DNA of 64,000 nucleotides, taken from NCBI GenBank assembly GCA_951406725.2, contig OX597833.1:4774001-4838000 (forward strand), in the 5' to 3' direction. Both the position numbers and the translations under genes were made by a program. The notes below the pieces were generated by a model. The model did not search any database, was not told the DNA's origin, and saw nothing but the letters and a program-made list of their open reading frames with translations. Source of the DNA: Octopus vulgaris (Eukaryota). Positions 38,709 to 53,270 of the stretch are shown in pieces (position 1 is the first letter of the stretch; each line of letters opens with the position of its first letter).

Positions 38709-39112
38709 AGGTGGTAGCTAGCTGACAGAATCGTTAGCACGCCGGGCGAAATGCGTAGCGGTATTTCGTCTGCTGTTACATTCCGAGTTCAAATTCCACC
38801 GAGGTCGACTTTGCCTTTCATCCTTTCTGAGTCGATAAATTAAGTACCAGTTATGAACTGGGGTCAATATAATCAACTTAATCCGTTTGTCTGTCCTTGT
38901 TTGTCTCCTTTGTGTTTAGCCCCTTGTGGGTAGTAAAGAAATAGGTATTTCGTCTGCAGTTACATTCTGAGTTCAAATTCCACTAAGGTCGACTTTGCCT
39001 TTCATCCTTTTGGAGTCAATAAATTAAGTACTAGTTGCATAATGGGGTTGATATAATCAACTGCCCACCCCTCTCCCTCAAAATTTTGGGTGTTGTGCCG
39101 AGAGTAGAAAGG
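38709..39112 (+). mobile_element. SINE family C (dimeric); further copies at 21968-22168, 37952-38170(-), 41690-42270, 53900-54115(-), 58434-58655
   Basis: Same head and core as 1744-2148. Confidence 0.85.
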
Positions 39113-39820
39113 AATAATAATAATAATAATAATAATTGTTTTTAAAATAGACATGAGGCCTGAAACTTGTGGAATGCATTGGTTGAATAAATTAGCCGAG
39201 TCCTTGATTCGTACTTTATTTTATGAACCACTGCGAGAAATTTGAATGCAGAAGAAATAATATTACTGGTTTCTAATTCAGGCCCAAAGCCAGCAATTTT
39301 GAAGGTTGGCAGGGTCAGTTGATCCCACAGACCTCCATACTTGTCAGGTGTTTTATTTTATTAACCTTGCCGATGGCATGTAAAAAGCACCATCCGTTCG
39401 TGGCCGTTTCAAGCCTCGCCTGGCACCTGTGCCGGTGGCACGTAAAAAGCACCCACTACACTCATGGAGTGGTTGGCGTTAGGGAGGGCATCCAGCTGTA
39501 GAAACATTGCCAGATAAGACTGGGCCTGTTGCAGCCTTCTGGCTCCCAGACCCCAGTTGAACCGTCCAACCCATGCTAGCATGGAAAGCGGATGCTAAAC
39601 GATGATGATGATGACGATGAGATGAGAGCAAAGTAAGCTTTGGTGTGATTTGAACTGAGAATGCAAGAAGCCACAACATGTTTTCTCTGATGCTCCACCA
39701 ATTCTGCTTATCCACCGTCCTACGGTGTGAGGGGTGGAGAAACAAACAGTTGTAATGCACGACAAACCTGACCAAAGAGTAATCCTAAAGAGTTTGTGAC
39801 AGAGAAACACAAAGGTCTCT

Positions 39821-40045
39821 TTAACCCTTTAGTGTTCAGATTATTCTATCAATTGTAATGCTTATGTTATCAAATTGTTTTGAATTAATCAGGCAAAGAC
39901 ATCGTAGTATAGAAATTTGGAGGATGTGATTGCTTATTCTTAGAATGACATTGTAGGATAAGTGTGCAAAGCCAGATCCAGCCAGTTTGAACATAAAACC
40001 AGTGGAATATTTGGGCCGAATATGGCCAGTTTAAATGCTAAAGAT
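39821..40045. mobile_element. TTAA-CCC piggyBac-like MITE; related copy at 54467-54695
   Basis: TTAACCCTTTAG...TTTAAATGCTAAAG(GG) termini, homologous interiors. Confidence 0.6.
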
Positions 40046-40394
40046 GTCAGCAACAATGTTGACCTCCACTATACTGGACCAAGGGTTACTTTTGGAATGA
40101 TATAGGCTGGTGGCCAGAAATAGGTGGAGTCTGCTACAGACATACATGGCCACAGAACTAGCCCAGAGTTGTGCCCAGCAGAAGGGGCTGAAATAAAGGT
40201 TTTATAATAACTGGTCATCCAGGACAGAAGGCATAGTTGCCACACATGTGGCAGCAAATGTCATTTAAGGGCTTTCAGTGGAATGGAAGATTCAGTCTAC
40301 TGTATGGCACCTTGGACAATTCTCTTTTAGTCTAGCCCTGGACTGGAACAATACCTTGTGTGTGGATTTGGTAGAAGGAAACTGTGTGGAACCA

Positions 40395-40648
40395 ACTTCT
40401 CAGCTGGCGGAAACGCATGGGTGGGCAGCTGAAGACCTGGGTTACGACGATCAAGGAGGACCTCTCCGTGCTCACGGGTCCACAGGTGGTCTTCCTGCGC
40501 CAATGGAACCGTGACTGGCTTGCTATCTCCAGTGAACTGGCGCAGGACCGTTGTGCATGGGCTGCCATGGTTTGAGATGTCTTGAGGGTGGGAGAAGAAG
40601 CTGACTCAACCCACCCAGGGTGAATGTCGCCACATGTACAAGTACATG
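40395..40648 (+). mobile_element. RTE-type LINE 3' fragment inserted in a family A SINE
   Basis: WRKRMGGQLKTWVTTIKEDL..WNRDW..LAQDRCAW; SINE A sequence on both sides. Confidence 0.75.
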
Positions 40649-40677
40649 TGGAAGCCTATTGCACACACATATGTATG

Positions 40678-40710
<33 letters not shown>

Positions 40711-42276
40711 ATGTGTGTCCTTGTATTTTTTCCCCACGTGTATTGGTCAGTGGTTTGGCAAACATGTCCAACAGGATAAACACCAGATTTAAAAAAAAAA
40801 AAAGTAATAAGAGAAAAAGTACTGAGGTTGATTTGTTTATCTGAATTCTTCAAAGCGGTGCCCCAGCATGGCCACAGTCAATTGCCTGAAACAAGTAAAA
40901 GACTAACAGACCAAACAAACGAGCATTCTAAGATCAGTTAATGTGTAACTACCAAGAGCCCTTGTGACACTTCTTGCCCAGTTTGTGCCTCTGACATGCT
41001 TATGAGAACTTCTGTGTGTATTGTCTCCCAGGGATGGCATATACCCAGTGTTGTGAGGTACCCGGGTACAATCTCACTGGAGAGTTTTCACCTCTGTATG
41101 GGTATCTGACCCAAATTTTGGCTCCAAGTTATTTTCATATCTTGCTTTAATTAATGTCTGTCTTTACTCTTTCATATATTTATTTTTTCCTTTTCATAAA
41201 GTACCAGCAAAATATTAGTATTGAAGGTACTACTTTAACCTTTTCCTAATTGTATTTCTGTTGAGATGCTCTGTGCTTCTTTCAATTATCTTAAATATAA
41301 CAAAGAATTTAATAAAATAACTTAGTTATCATTCAGCTAGTGTTAGGAACATAAATTGTGACTAAGGTTTGGTGGAAGATTTTAATTCAAAACTTATGAA
41401 AACAAGACATTTGTACTCAGATCCAGAGTTGGTTTCAGCCGGGTTGGTATGGAAAGGGTGAATCTCTTCTCCATAAAATTGCTAACAACCTTGTGTAGTG
41501 GCATTTGTTCCAGCTCTTTACATCCTGAGTTCAAATCATGCCAAAGACAGCTTTGATTTTGTCCCTCTGGACTCAATAGAAATATGGTACAGGCTGAGAA
41601 CTGGGGTCAAGTATTATCTGCCATGTTCCTTTCTTTCAAAATTGCAGGCCTTGTGCCTAAATCCAGAAACCATTGCCATCATTATAATTAAGGTGGTGAG
41701 ATGGCAGAGTCATTAGTGAGTTGGAAAAATTAACAGTTTTTCTTTCAGTTCTTTATGTGCTGAGTTCAAATACCACCATGGTCGACTTTGCCTTTCATCC
41801 TTTTAGGGTCATTAACGTAAGTACCAGTTGCATACTAGGGTTGACTGACTGAATTGTTAGCACACTGGATGAAATGCTTCGAGGCATTTCACTTGTCACA
41901 ATGTTCTGAGTTCAAATTCCGCCGAGGTTGACTTCACATTTCATCCTTTCGGGATCGATAAATTAAGTACCAGTTGCATACTGGGGTCAATCTGACTGCC
42001 CCGCCCCCAAATTTCGGGCCTTGTGCCTAGAGTAGAAAAGATTATTATTATTATTATTATTATCAAAGAGGTGAGCTAGCAGAATCGTTAGCAAAATGCT
42101 TAGCAGCATTTTGCTGTCTTTAGGGTCTGAGTTCAAATTCCACCAAGGTCAACTTTGCCTTTCATCCTTTTGGGGGTCAATGAAATAAATACCAGTCGAA
42201 CCCTGGGGTTGATGTAATCACCTTATCCTCTCCCCACCACCCAAAATTTCAGGTCCTGTGCCAAAACTTGAAATCA

Positions 42277-42310
<34 letters not shown>

Positions 42311-42772
42311 GTAAGAAATCAACATGTTGATGATGAGTCTCAGAACTCAGCATCGTGATTGTGACCACCAATGCAACCGTGACCACCACCACCACCATCT
42401 CCATCACCACCGCCACCATCATTGTTATTACTGCTTTTACTAAAAGCTCCAAACGTCTGTAGTATGAAATACTCTAAGTTATGCCAGAACAGAATCCACA
42501 AAGAGTTTACCAGCAGCAGCAGTAGCAGTAGTAGCAGCAGTAGTAGCAGCAGGGTTCCAGTTAGAATGATACTTCATTAGACAGTTCGGGGGGAGGGGGG
42601 AGAGGAGTGGTGGTCGTGGTGGTGGTGGGGAGGGAGAAAATAATGAAGTAGAATGTATTTCTGTGGATGTGTTTGTGTGTATGAGTTCCATACGCAGATG
42701 TGTATGTGCGCATGCGTGAGTGTACGTAACTTTATGTGTAGATGTTGTCTGTGCATGGTATGTATATTTATG

Positions 42773-42812
<40 letters not shown>

Positions 42813-43098
42813 TACTATATACATATACACACACACACAATATTATATAGTGTCAAATCAAAAGAATGGAAGTAATTTTAGTTGGTCTGTGAAAGCACGC
42901 GTATATAAATAAATAAATATATATATATATGTATGTATGTATATATATGTGTATGTATAACTATATATGTATGTATATATGTATATATATATATGTGTAT
43001 GTATGTATATGTGTATATATATATCTTTATATATATGTATATATATGTGTATGTATATATATGTCTTTATATATATGTATGTATATGTATATATATGC

Positions 43099-43129
<31 letters not shown>

Positions 43130-43694
43130 TATATACATATATAGACATAAGCATGTTTATAAATACATATACGTTTACATGCATACAGATACATGTGTAT
43201 ACACACACACATATATATACACACGCATATACAAATATATATATATATATATACACACAAATACATATGCACATATACACACATACAGTAAAACTGAAAA
43301 GAATGGAAGCAATTTCGGTCGGTCTGCGAGAAAGTAGGAACCGAATATGACTCACAGAAAGTAGAAAGAAGATGAAGAAGGAGGAGGAGGAGGAGGAGGA
43401 GGAGGAAAAGAAGAGAGAAGAAAAAAATAAAATAAAAAGAGACACGGATGGGGGAAGGAGGGGAGGGTGGTGGTGCAAGAAGACAGGAGGTAGGGACGGG
43501 GTGTGGGTGGTAGACGGAAGTGTAGGGGGTAAAAGGGAATTCAAAACGGTCTAGAAATAATAATAATAATAAGAAGAAGCAGGCAGAGAGGAAATACAAT
43601 TGTCTTGGGACAAAACGGAAACTTCCGGATTAGTTTGTTTTAACGGAACAGAATGTTTAGAAAGTTTTTATTAAAATCTGTTGCTTTTATTACC

Positions 43695-43728
<34 letters not shown>

Positions 43729-43729
<1 letters not shown>

Positions 43730-44095
43730 TTTTTTTCTTCTTCTTTCAAATTTGCTTCCATTTCTTGCCGAGTGTCTTCCCGACTCCTAGGGCAAAGAAA
43801 CTCATAGTATACATTGGTAGGCCATTAAACTAACTAGTTCGTTCTTTTTTTTTCTAAGTTAAATTAAAATACATGGGTAGTAATAGTTCTCACATCAACA
43901 ATACTCTTCTCAATACGTGTGATGTACCAGTTAAGACAATCTTTTGCACTTCTTGCAGGGATGGTAAGCCAGGGATCATTCTATATAATTTTCGGTTCCC
44001 TTCTTGATCATTCCTAGTGCTCCTACGATCACTGGTATTGTAACCACCTTGAGATGCCACATTTTCTCAATTTCAATGAGCAGGTCTTTATATTT
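43729..44095 (-). mobile_element. R4/Dong-like RLE non-LTR 3' end inserted in (TAA)n
   Basis: KYKDLLIEIEKMWHLKVVTIPVIVGALGMIKK..PGLPSLQEVQKIVLTGTSHVLRRVL; (TAA)n on both flanks. Confidence 0.85.
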
Positions 44096-44226
44096 TCTTC
44101 TTCTTCTTCTTCTTCTTCTTATTATTATTAATATTATTATTATTATTATTATTAATATTATTATTATTATTGTTTTTATTATTATTATTATTATTATTAT
44201 TGTTATTGTTATCATCATCATCATCA

Positions 44227-44261
<35 letters not shown>

Positions 44262-45299
44262 GTTATTATTATTGTTATTATTATTATTATTATCATTATT
44301 ATTATTTTTTGTATGGGTATGTGGGATATTTGCGGGGTGGGGGGTATATGGTGTGTGTGTGCTATTGGTCGAAGTTCAGCCCCAAATTTTTAATTGCAGT
44401 GGTGGTGGTCAGTGATGGTGTTGGTAGTAGTAGTTGTAGTAATAGTAGTGGTGGTGGTGGTGGGAGTAATAGTAGTAATAGTGGTGGTGGTGGTGGTGGT
44501 GGTAGTGTGAAAGCGATGGTGATAGTAGTAGTAGTAGTAGTGGTGGTAATAGTAGTAGAAGTAGTAGTAGTAGTAGTAATAGTAACAGTTGCAGTAAGTG
44601 ATGGTGATAGTAGTAGTTGTTGTTGTAGTAGTAAAGGAGATGGTTGTGGTTGTAGTGTAGATGGAATAGTTGAGCATGGAACCAAATCTTTACAGCATTT
44701 AGTGTAAAATCTCTGCAGTTTTAATTCAAAATCCAAAATTCACTCCCCCCCCCCAACCCCGGAGACCCACAAATATCAGGGGACAACCAATCAAAATCTG
44801 TTGGTGGTCCCAGGCACTATTGGCCAATCTTAGAAATAATTCTTCAAAGTAGATTTGTACAGAAGCAGGTGAGATTTAAGGAGCAGATGAACTTTTCCCA
44901 GAGCCCTCATCTGCATGATGAGCAAATAGTCAAGTGGGAGCTAACAGGCTTAATTATAAAGTTAAATTTAACATCTGCCAGGAGCAAAAGAGGGCCTTTA
45001 GGCTGGAGCTTATCTGAGGTTCCAAGACGTTTAAACAGCTGAATGGTCAAGACAACTCGCATCCCTGGATAGGAAGCCAGTCTATTGAAAAGTTAATCTC
45101 TAGCTACCATTGGTGTTCATTGTTAGCAGAAAAGAGCAGAGCAACACGGAATGAAGAGACTTGCTTAAGGACACAACATACTGCCTGGCCCAGGAATCGA
45201 ACCCATGACCTTGTGATCATGAGTCAAACACCCTAAATAATTGGCTATGCAACTTCGATAATTAATGACTGAAATATACTGCTTTTGTTTTGAATAATA

Positions 45300-45552
45300 T
45301 AGTTAGTTAGTTAATTTTTTGGCTCAAAAAGCAAAAAGCAAGGCCATGTAGGGGGACATGGAGTTATGTACAGGGTGGTGTTCATGTAAAGAGTTCAGGC
45401 CACTTGTGGTCAAGGGAGACTTTGAACCGAGCGGTCATCAGCATCTTCACTATCTCGTCCGGCAGCTTATTCCATGGATCCACAACCCGGACGGAGAAAG
45501 CTCCTCTCCTTTGATTGAGATGAAATCGTCGCAGATAGAGCTTTTCGGAGCA
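45300..45552 (-). mobile_element. CR1 3' end, same family as 23255-23902
   Basis: SEKLYLRRFHLNQRRGAFSVRVVDPWNKLP..WPELFT*; (TAAC)n tail. Confidence 0.9.
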
Positions 45553-47345
45553 AGAATTTAGTAAAATAACTGCCAATATTAGGCTGGTGTTTAACTGTAT
45601 AGAATTCAAACCAGCCCAAATATTCTACCTTTTTTATGTAAACCTCTTGCATCTACCCTACAATGTCAGTGGCTGTGTTGTAAGTAGCTTGCTTCCCAAC
45701 CATATGGTTCCAGGTCCAGTCCCACTGTGTGACACCTTGGGCAAGTATCTTCTACTATAGCCTCGGGTCGACCAAAGCTTTGTAGGCGGATTTGGTAGAT
45801 GGAAACTGAAAGAAGCCCGTTGTATATATATATGTATGTATTTGTGTGTCTGTGTTTGCTCACCATCGCTTGACAACTGATGTTGGTGTGTTTATGTCCT
45901 GTAACTTAGCGGTTCGGCAAAATAAGCTCGATAGAATAAGTACTAAGCTTACAAAGAATAAGTCCTGGGGTCGACTTGTTTGACTAAAGGCGGTGCTCCA
46001 GTATGGCCGCATTCAAATGACTGAAACAAATAAAAGGGTAAAAGAAAATGTAATCGAAATCTGGAAGCTATGAGTTAATGCAGGATTAACTCAAAACAAA
46101 GGGAATAAATAAGGATTATATTCGACAAAATAATCTGAATGCTAAAGGGTTAAGCCAGGGACCAGGCAGAATTATTAATACGTTGACCAAAATGCTTAGC
46201 AGTATTTAGTCTTACGTTAAGGGATGAAAAGCAAAATGTCAGGCCTTGTGCCTTTAGTACAAAGGATTATATTAAGCTGGAGTTTGGAATATAAACTAAG
46301 ATGAAATTTTCATGTAAGATTTTAATTCATCATCATCATCGTTTAATGTCCGTTTTCCATGCTTGCATGGTTGGGACGGTTCGACCGGGGTCTGGGAAGC
46401 CAGGAGGCTGCACCAGGCTCCAGTTTGATCTGGCAGTGTTTCTACAGCTGGATGTACTTCCTAACGTCAACCACTCCGAGAGCGTAGTGGGTGCTTTTTA
46501 CGTGTCCCCGGGAAGGAAGCCAGTCAAGGCGGCGCTGGCATCGGCCACGTTCGGATGGTGTTTTTTACGTGCCACCGGCACAGGTATCACAACTACAATT
46601 TTTATTTTGATGTTGATGTATCATTTTAATCCCTTTGTTACCATTTTTCTGCTGAAATACACTGCTTTTCATCTGATTAATTTAGAAAATAATGAACTCA
46701 GCACAATAACTTATTATTTAATCTGGTATTTCAGACTTGGAATGGAATTTTGATGGAAGGCTTAAATTTAGATCACGTTAATCCTTTCAGTGACTTGTAG
46801 ACACAATTGGTATTTTGTTATGCAACCCTCACAAAGTATATTAAATGTTTTTATAAGTTAATACCATGTTCTGTGGTGTTCATCATCATTGTTTAATGTC
46901 TGCTTTCCATGCTAGCATGGGTTGGATGGATTGACTGGGAACTGGCAGGCCAGGAGGCTGCACCAGGCTCCAGTCTGATTTGGCAGTGTTTCTACAGCTT
47001 GATGCCCTTTCTAATGCCAACCACTCTGAGAGTGTAGTGGGTACTTTTTATGTTCCATTGGCACAGGTGGTAGTCAAGCGACACTAGCCATGCTCGAATG
47101 GTGCTTTTTATGTGGCACCGGCACCAGTGAAGAATGTTTTGGCCTTCATTTCAATTAATTTTGAATATACATATAGGCACAGGTAGGATGTGTGGTAAGA
47201 AGCTTGCTTCTCAACCAACTAGTTAAGGGTTCAGTCCCACTGCATGGCACCTTGGGTACATGTCTTTTACTACAGCTTCGGGCTGACCAAAGCCTTGTGA
47301 GTGGATTTGGTAGATGGAAACTGAAAGAAGCCTGTCATGTGTATA

Positions 47346-47390
<45 letters not shown>

Positions 47391-47834
47391 GAGTAAACAC
47401 ATAAATGTGAAACAAGGTGGAAAAAAGACACACACACAAACACACATACACAATGGGCTTCTTTCAGTTTCCATACCTAGATTATAAACTTATACACAAG
47501 ACTTGTGCGTCTGTTTTTGTCCCTCCACCATCACTTGACAACCGATGTTGGTGTGTTTACGTCCCTGAAACTTAGCGCTTTGACAAAAAGAGACCTAGAG
47601 AATAAATACTAAGCTTACAAAGAATAAGTCTTGGTGTCAATTTGTTCAACTAAAGGTGGTGCTCCAGCATGGCCGCGATCAAAATGCCTGAAACAAATAA
47701 AAGAAATAAAAGAATATATTACAGCAGAAGACAGCTTAAGGTGCCACACAGTGGGACTGAACCTGAAACCATATGGTTGCAAATTGGGTTTCTTAAGTAC
47801 AAACCCATGCCTTCTCTTTTTCTTTCTCTTTTCT

Positions 47835-48222
47835 CTCTTTTCCTTGTTTCAGTCATTTGACTGCGGCCATGCTGGAGCACCGCTTTTAATCGAGCAACTC
47901 GACCCTGGGACTTATTCTTTTGTAAGCCCAGTACTTATTCTATCGGTCTCTTTTTGCCGAACCGCTAAGTGACGGGGACGTAAACACACCAACATCGGTT
48001 GTCAAGCAATGCTAGGGGGACAAACACAGACACACACACGTATATATATATATATACATATATACGACAGGCTTCTTTCAGTTTCCGTCTACCAAATCCA
48101 CTCACAAGGCTTTGGTCGGCGCGAGGCTATAGTAGAAGACACTTGCCCAAGGTTCCACGCAGTGGGACTGAACCCGGAACCATGTGGTTGGTAAGCAAGC
48201 TACTTACCACACAGCCACTCCT
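47835..48222 (-). mobile_element. SINE family A (well-preserved copy)
   Basis: Full-length reverse complement of the consensus. Confidence 0.88.
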
Positions 48223-49159
48223 TCGAATATTTACAAAAAACAAGCAATTAAAAACAACAGAGAACAAAGCGTGAAATGTTTCTTTAATAATTTATTATCA
48301 TTTAATTAAAAAACAAAAGAAACACAACAAAACATCCACAGGTCGTTAGTGTCAATAACAACAACAACAACATGAACGCTTCTAACAAAAAAAAGGTGTG
48401 AGAGGGGTCATCCAAATATTCTATGTTGAAGCGCTGATATTGCACTCAAGTGGCATTTAATAAGGACCCTCTTGTCTATATGCAGGGTCCTGATGATGTC
48501 TTGTGTATAAGTCTAGAATCTAGATATGGTGGAAATGGTGAGAGAGAAGAATTTATTAGATAGGCGTACAGCTATTTGACACACACATACTCTTTTACTC
48601 GTTTCAGTCATTTGACTGCGGCCATGCTGGAGCACCGCTTTTAATCGAGCAACTCGACCCCGGGACTTATTCTTTTGTAAGCCCAGTACTTATTCTATTG
48701 GTCTCTTTTGCCGAACCACTATATATATAAATATAAATATGTATAGGTATATACACATGTATGTTTATGTGTGTGTGCGTGTGTATATATTAAGGTAGCA
48801 TAATTTTCGTGAAACACTGTCTGGTATATATGTATTAAATATTTTTTCAATATTGGTCTTGGTTTTAAAAAAATATTAAACAATTTATATATGAATATAT
48901 ATATATATATATTGGCCTGCTCGCTTAACCAGTGGGGGTGGCGTCATTTGAAGGCTAAAACAATGTGAAGCGCATTGTGACCAGCGATGTGTAGTAACAT
49001 CTGATAGCCTGTTCGGTCACAGTGATCACAGTGATATACATATATATACACACACACACAGATATATGTACACATATATACATATACATACATATGTATA
49101 CATATTCATATTTATACATATATGTATGTGTGTGTATATATATATATATATATATACAC

Positions 49160-49190
<31 letters not shown>

Positions 49191-50056
49191 AACACATACA
49201 CACACACATTTCACTCTGGGTGGGATTCGAAAGCACAGCACAACCAAATCTTCCAGCAATATGAGGAGGAGAGTATTAAGGATGGCTTCTAAGACGGACC
49301 CAGAGATTAGGAATCTGGAGGTGGGTGTACTTAACAACAAATATCATATTCCCTCAATCCCTCCTTAATCCTCCCCCCTTCACTGTGCCCCGGAAGGACA
49401 AAACACAACACTGACATTAGTGACACTTGAACTCAGAATGTTAAGAGATGTGAACTAAAACAACAAGAAGGAAAAGTTTCATTAAAACAGCAAAATATTG
49501 GTTCTGGAAGTGGGTGGGAGGTAGTCAGAACGGTAACCCAGCCTCCTCGTTATCAGCTAAGAAATGAAACCTTTCCACCATATAGAGAGAGTATTTCACT
49601 AACGACATACCTCTGATTAAATCATTATCATTTTAATATCCCCCGCTTTCCATGCTTGGTTGGGTCAGGTGGAAGAATCTGTCGAGGAAGATTTTCCATG
49701 GCTGGATGCCCTTCCTGTCAACAACCCTCACCTGTTCCCCGGCAAGGTGATATCTCCCCCCCCACCCCCATGGCCTAATGTGATTTTTGTGGAGGATTTG
49801 AAATGAACAGCATTGCTTTTACGATGATGATGATGATGCTCAGTTACAAACATCATCTAATGTCAAGACATGGGTACACAAACACACACACATGATGGGC
49901 TTCTTTCAGTTTCCATCTACCAAATCCATTCACAAGGCTCTGGTTGGTCCCGGGCGCATAGTGGGACTGAACCTGTAGCCACATGGTTGGAAAGCAAGCA
50001 TCCTAAACCACTCAGCCACGCTTACACTTTCACGCAATAACTATTTACTAACAAAC

Positions 50057-50282
50057 CTTACAGGATATCTTTACTACACGGATTAAGGAAATAATACTTG
50101 TTCTGTGACGTGGTTTTAAACAGAGATTAAAGATTAAGGATTATTTATGATACATTATCTCCGTCAGTTAATTAACCGACTCGAGTTGAGATTCAAAGGA
50201 ACAACAACAACGGCAACAGTAAATATCTTGGATAACTGAGATAAATAATGGTTTTTGGAGGTTTATCCGGGATTTGCTGGTT
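50057..50282 (-). other. Candidate exon of an unidentified minus-strand transcript
   Basis: Strong acceptor GTTTTGTTTTTGTTTTTTTCCAG; possible donor AAG|GTTTGT; frame 0 reads NQQIPDKPPKTIIYLSYPRYLLLPLLLFL*. Confidence 0.4.
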
Positions 50283-50397
50283 CTGGAAAAAAACAAAAAC
50301 AAAACAAAACAAATAAACATAATTATAAATATTTCATTGCAATAATGACGATGACAATAATGATAACAACAACAATAATGATAATAATAACAACAAC

Positions 50398-50428
<31 letters not shown>

Positions 50429-51312
50429 TGATAATAATAATAATAATGAGAGATTTAATAATAATAATAATAATAATAATGAGTCGGGAAGAATAATAAA
50501 GAAATGGAAGCAAATTTGAAAGAAGAAGAAAAACCCATAAATAATAATAATAATAATAATAATAAAACTAATAATGATAGTAACAAAAATAACGATGATG
50601 ATAATAATAATAATGAAAATGACGATGATGATGATGATATTAATTTGAATAGTAAAAATAATTGATGCAGTATATTTTCTACGTAAAATCTAAGCCAACA
50701 CATATTTTGCACAATCACCACACATACGACATATACCTGGCACCAGTCATAAGCAAACTGTGGCCCCTGGGAGCTTTTGAAGGGCATGCCTAAAGAAAAA
50801 ATTACTTTCACTTTTATTTTTAGTAGCGTGGCTTGTCTGATGATGAGCCATGTCTCAGGTGCATGCAGCCACTTTTTAAAGGCCCTGCCCGCACACCCAC
50901 GTGTGTCCTTGCGCCCTACCCAATCACCACACTGACAATAAGGTGCTGCTTGTAATTAACAGCTGATTGGTTAGAGCCATAATTAGGTCAATAGGATCGT
51001 CGTCGGAAGCTGTGGAATCAATTGATTTAAAGATTAAGCAGGTATCTAAAACAACATCAACGACAACAACAACAATGCCCTCTTATCTTCAGCAACAGGC
51101 AAATACGCATGCAGTAACAACGCAAATTACATTGACAAGCACAATTATACTACGCAGATAGATTTATGAGCACTAACATACAGCTACATACCAAAATACA
51201 CAGAAACACTGTTGTATTTCGGAATGGTCATTTTGCCAGTTTAGCCAAAAAAAAACATATGCATGATAAATTTGGTGTTAATTTGCTTCAGCTTTATTTA
51301 TTTTTTACATTA

Positions 51313-51722
51313 GATGCCAGCGCCGCCTTGACTGGCTTCTGTGCCGGTGGCACATAAAAAGCACCATCCGAATGTGGTCGATGCCAGCGTGACCTTGACT
51401 GGCTTCTGTGCCGGTTGCACATAGAAAGCACCATCCGAACGTGGCCGATGCCAGCGCCGCCTAAACTGGCTTCCGTGCCAGTGGCACGTTAAAAGCACCA
51501 ACTGATCGTGGCCGATGTCAGACTCCCCTGGCACCTGTGCCGGTGGCACGTAAAAAGCACCCACTATACTCACGGAGTGGTCGGCGTTAGGAAGAGCATC
51601 CAGCTGTAGAAACACTGCCAGATCAGACTGGAGCCTGGTGCAGCCTTCGGGCTTCCCAGACCCCAGTTGAACCATCCAACCCATGCCAGCATGGAAAGCA
51701 GACGTTAAATGATGATGATGAT
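51313..51722 (+). mobile_element. Family B element (4 units); further copies at 39375-39620, 46328-46600(-), 56090-56510, 60640-60977, 62295-62657
   Basis: ~67-bp unit array, core and (GAT)n tail. Confidence 0.88.
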
Positions 51723-51859
51723 TTTGGCCAGAGTTTATTGGCTAAACTGGCAACATGACCATTCCTAAATACAACAAACATCTGTTTCAACACATGATTT
51801 CACATCAAGAATCTTGCAAAACAAATATATAAATACACAGAAGCAGTTATGCACAAATA

Positions 51860-52731
51860 TATGAAGGGGCACCCTAAAGTCACGTGAAATGTTTTCTGTG
51901 GGACAAGCCCATTGTAGTTCAGGCTTCTGTTGCTAGAAACCACTTGATGCAAACCTCAGGCATCAGCCTGTAGACCAGCATTGTCAAGTGCAGTTGTACT
52001 GACACATGGTGCGTATTTGTTTTGCATTGCTTCTCCTCTGTTTGTTGAGTTTTGTGATAACTGAAATGAAGAAAAGTGTGCTTCCATGAAATTCTGTTTT
52101 CTGCTGCGGAAAACGGTGGCCGAAACAGTTGTCATGCTTCTTACAGCTTAAAAGGATGCTGCCATGATCAAAACACGTTTACGAGGAATGGTCACTTGTC
52201 GCTTGAAGACCAACCTCGTTCAGGGCAACCCTCAAACTCCCAAAGGAATGAATACAGGAAAATTCATGAATTGATCTTGGAGGACCGTTACCAAACAATT
52301 GACAGACTTGTTGATATGATTGGTGTGTCTGGAGTCCCTCCTGCCAAGGAATTTTGAGTGAAGAACTGCGGATGTAAAAGAGTTGCAGCAAAATTGTGCC
52401 TTGCTTGGTCATGGAAGATCAGAAGCAGTCATGGGTGAATGCGTGTCAAGGACTGAAAGAACAGTTGGACGTTGATCCGGACTTTTGATTCGAAGGTCAT
52501 CACTGGTGATGAAAGCTGGTGCTACGGAATTTGCAGATGTGGAAGAGGTGAAGGAAAAAACGAGATCACTTCGCAAGAACCCCAGCACTGCTTCAAACTG
52601 TGGAGAACGCATCTGGACTGATGCATTGCTTCAAATGGAGAATACTTTGAAGGGGATAAAAGTATAAACATGCAAAACTAAGGGAATAAAATAATATTGC
52701 AAAATTCTGGTTTCTTTTGGGTACCCCTTCG
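51860..52731 (+). mobile_element. Internally deleted mariner element with TIRs
   Basis: Termini YGAAGGGGYACCC; SLEDQPRSGQP, IHELILEDR, VITGDESWCYG motifs. Confidence 0.85.
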
Positions 52732-53270
52732 TGCACATACATACATCCAAACACACACACGGACATTTATACACTTACATACATATATACATGCTCATTT
52801 ATACACATGCACATACTCAGGTATACACTGTCATATACACACACACAATTATACACTAACATATATGAAGTGTATTTCAGAAGTTTTCAGACATTTTTTT
52901 TAAGGAGTGTCTGTTCTAAGTGTCCTGAATTAATTGTAATCCATTATTATGCATCTAATAAGCTGACCTGCAGAATCCTGTTATTCCATACTGAAGGGGA
53001 CAGTTGTAGCAGCCCTTATAACACACCCTACAAAACACTGCTTGTCACAACTGACTGGTTTATAGAATGCGTTTGGGCCGTGAAACCAATTTGGAAGATT
53101 GCTTTGCAATAAAGTTTTCGGTAAAAATGCTTCAGGAACTGAAGAAATGCTCCACACTGCTTAGGGATTAACTTGTATGTATCAAGCCCCTGTTTTTCAC
53201 TGGCAAAAGGGGTCACACAAAGGAAACTCATGATGATCCCCTTTTTCGACAGCAAGGGCATCATCTACGT

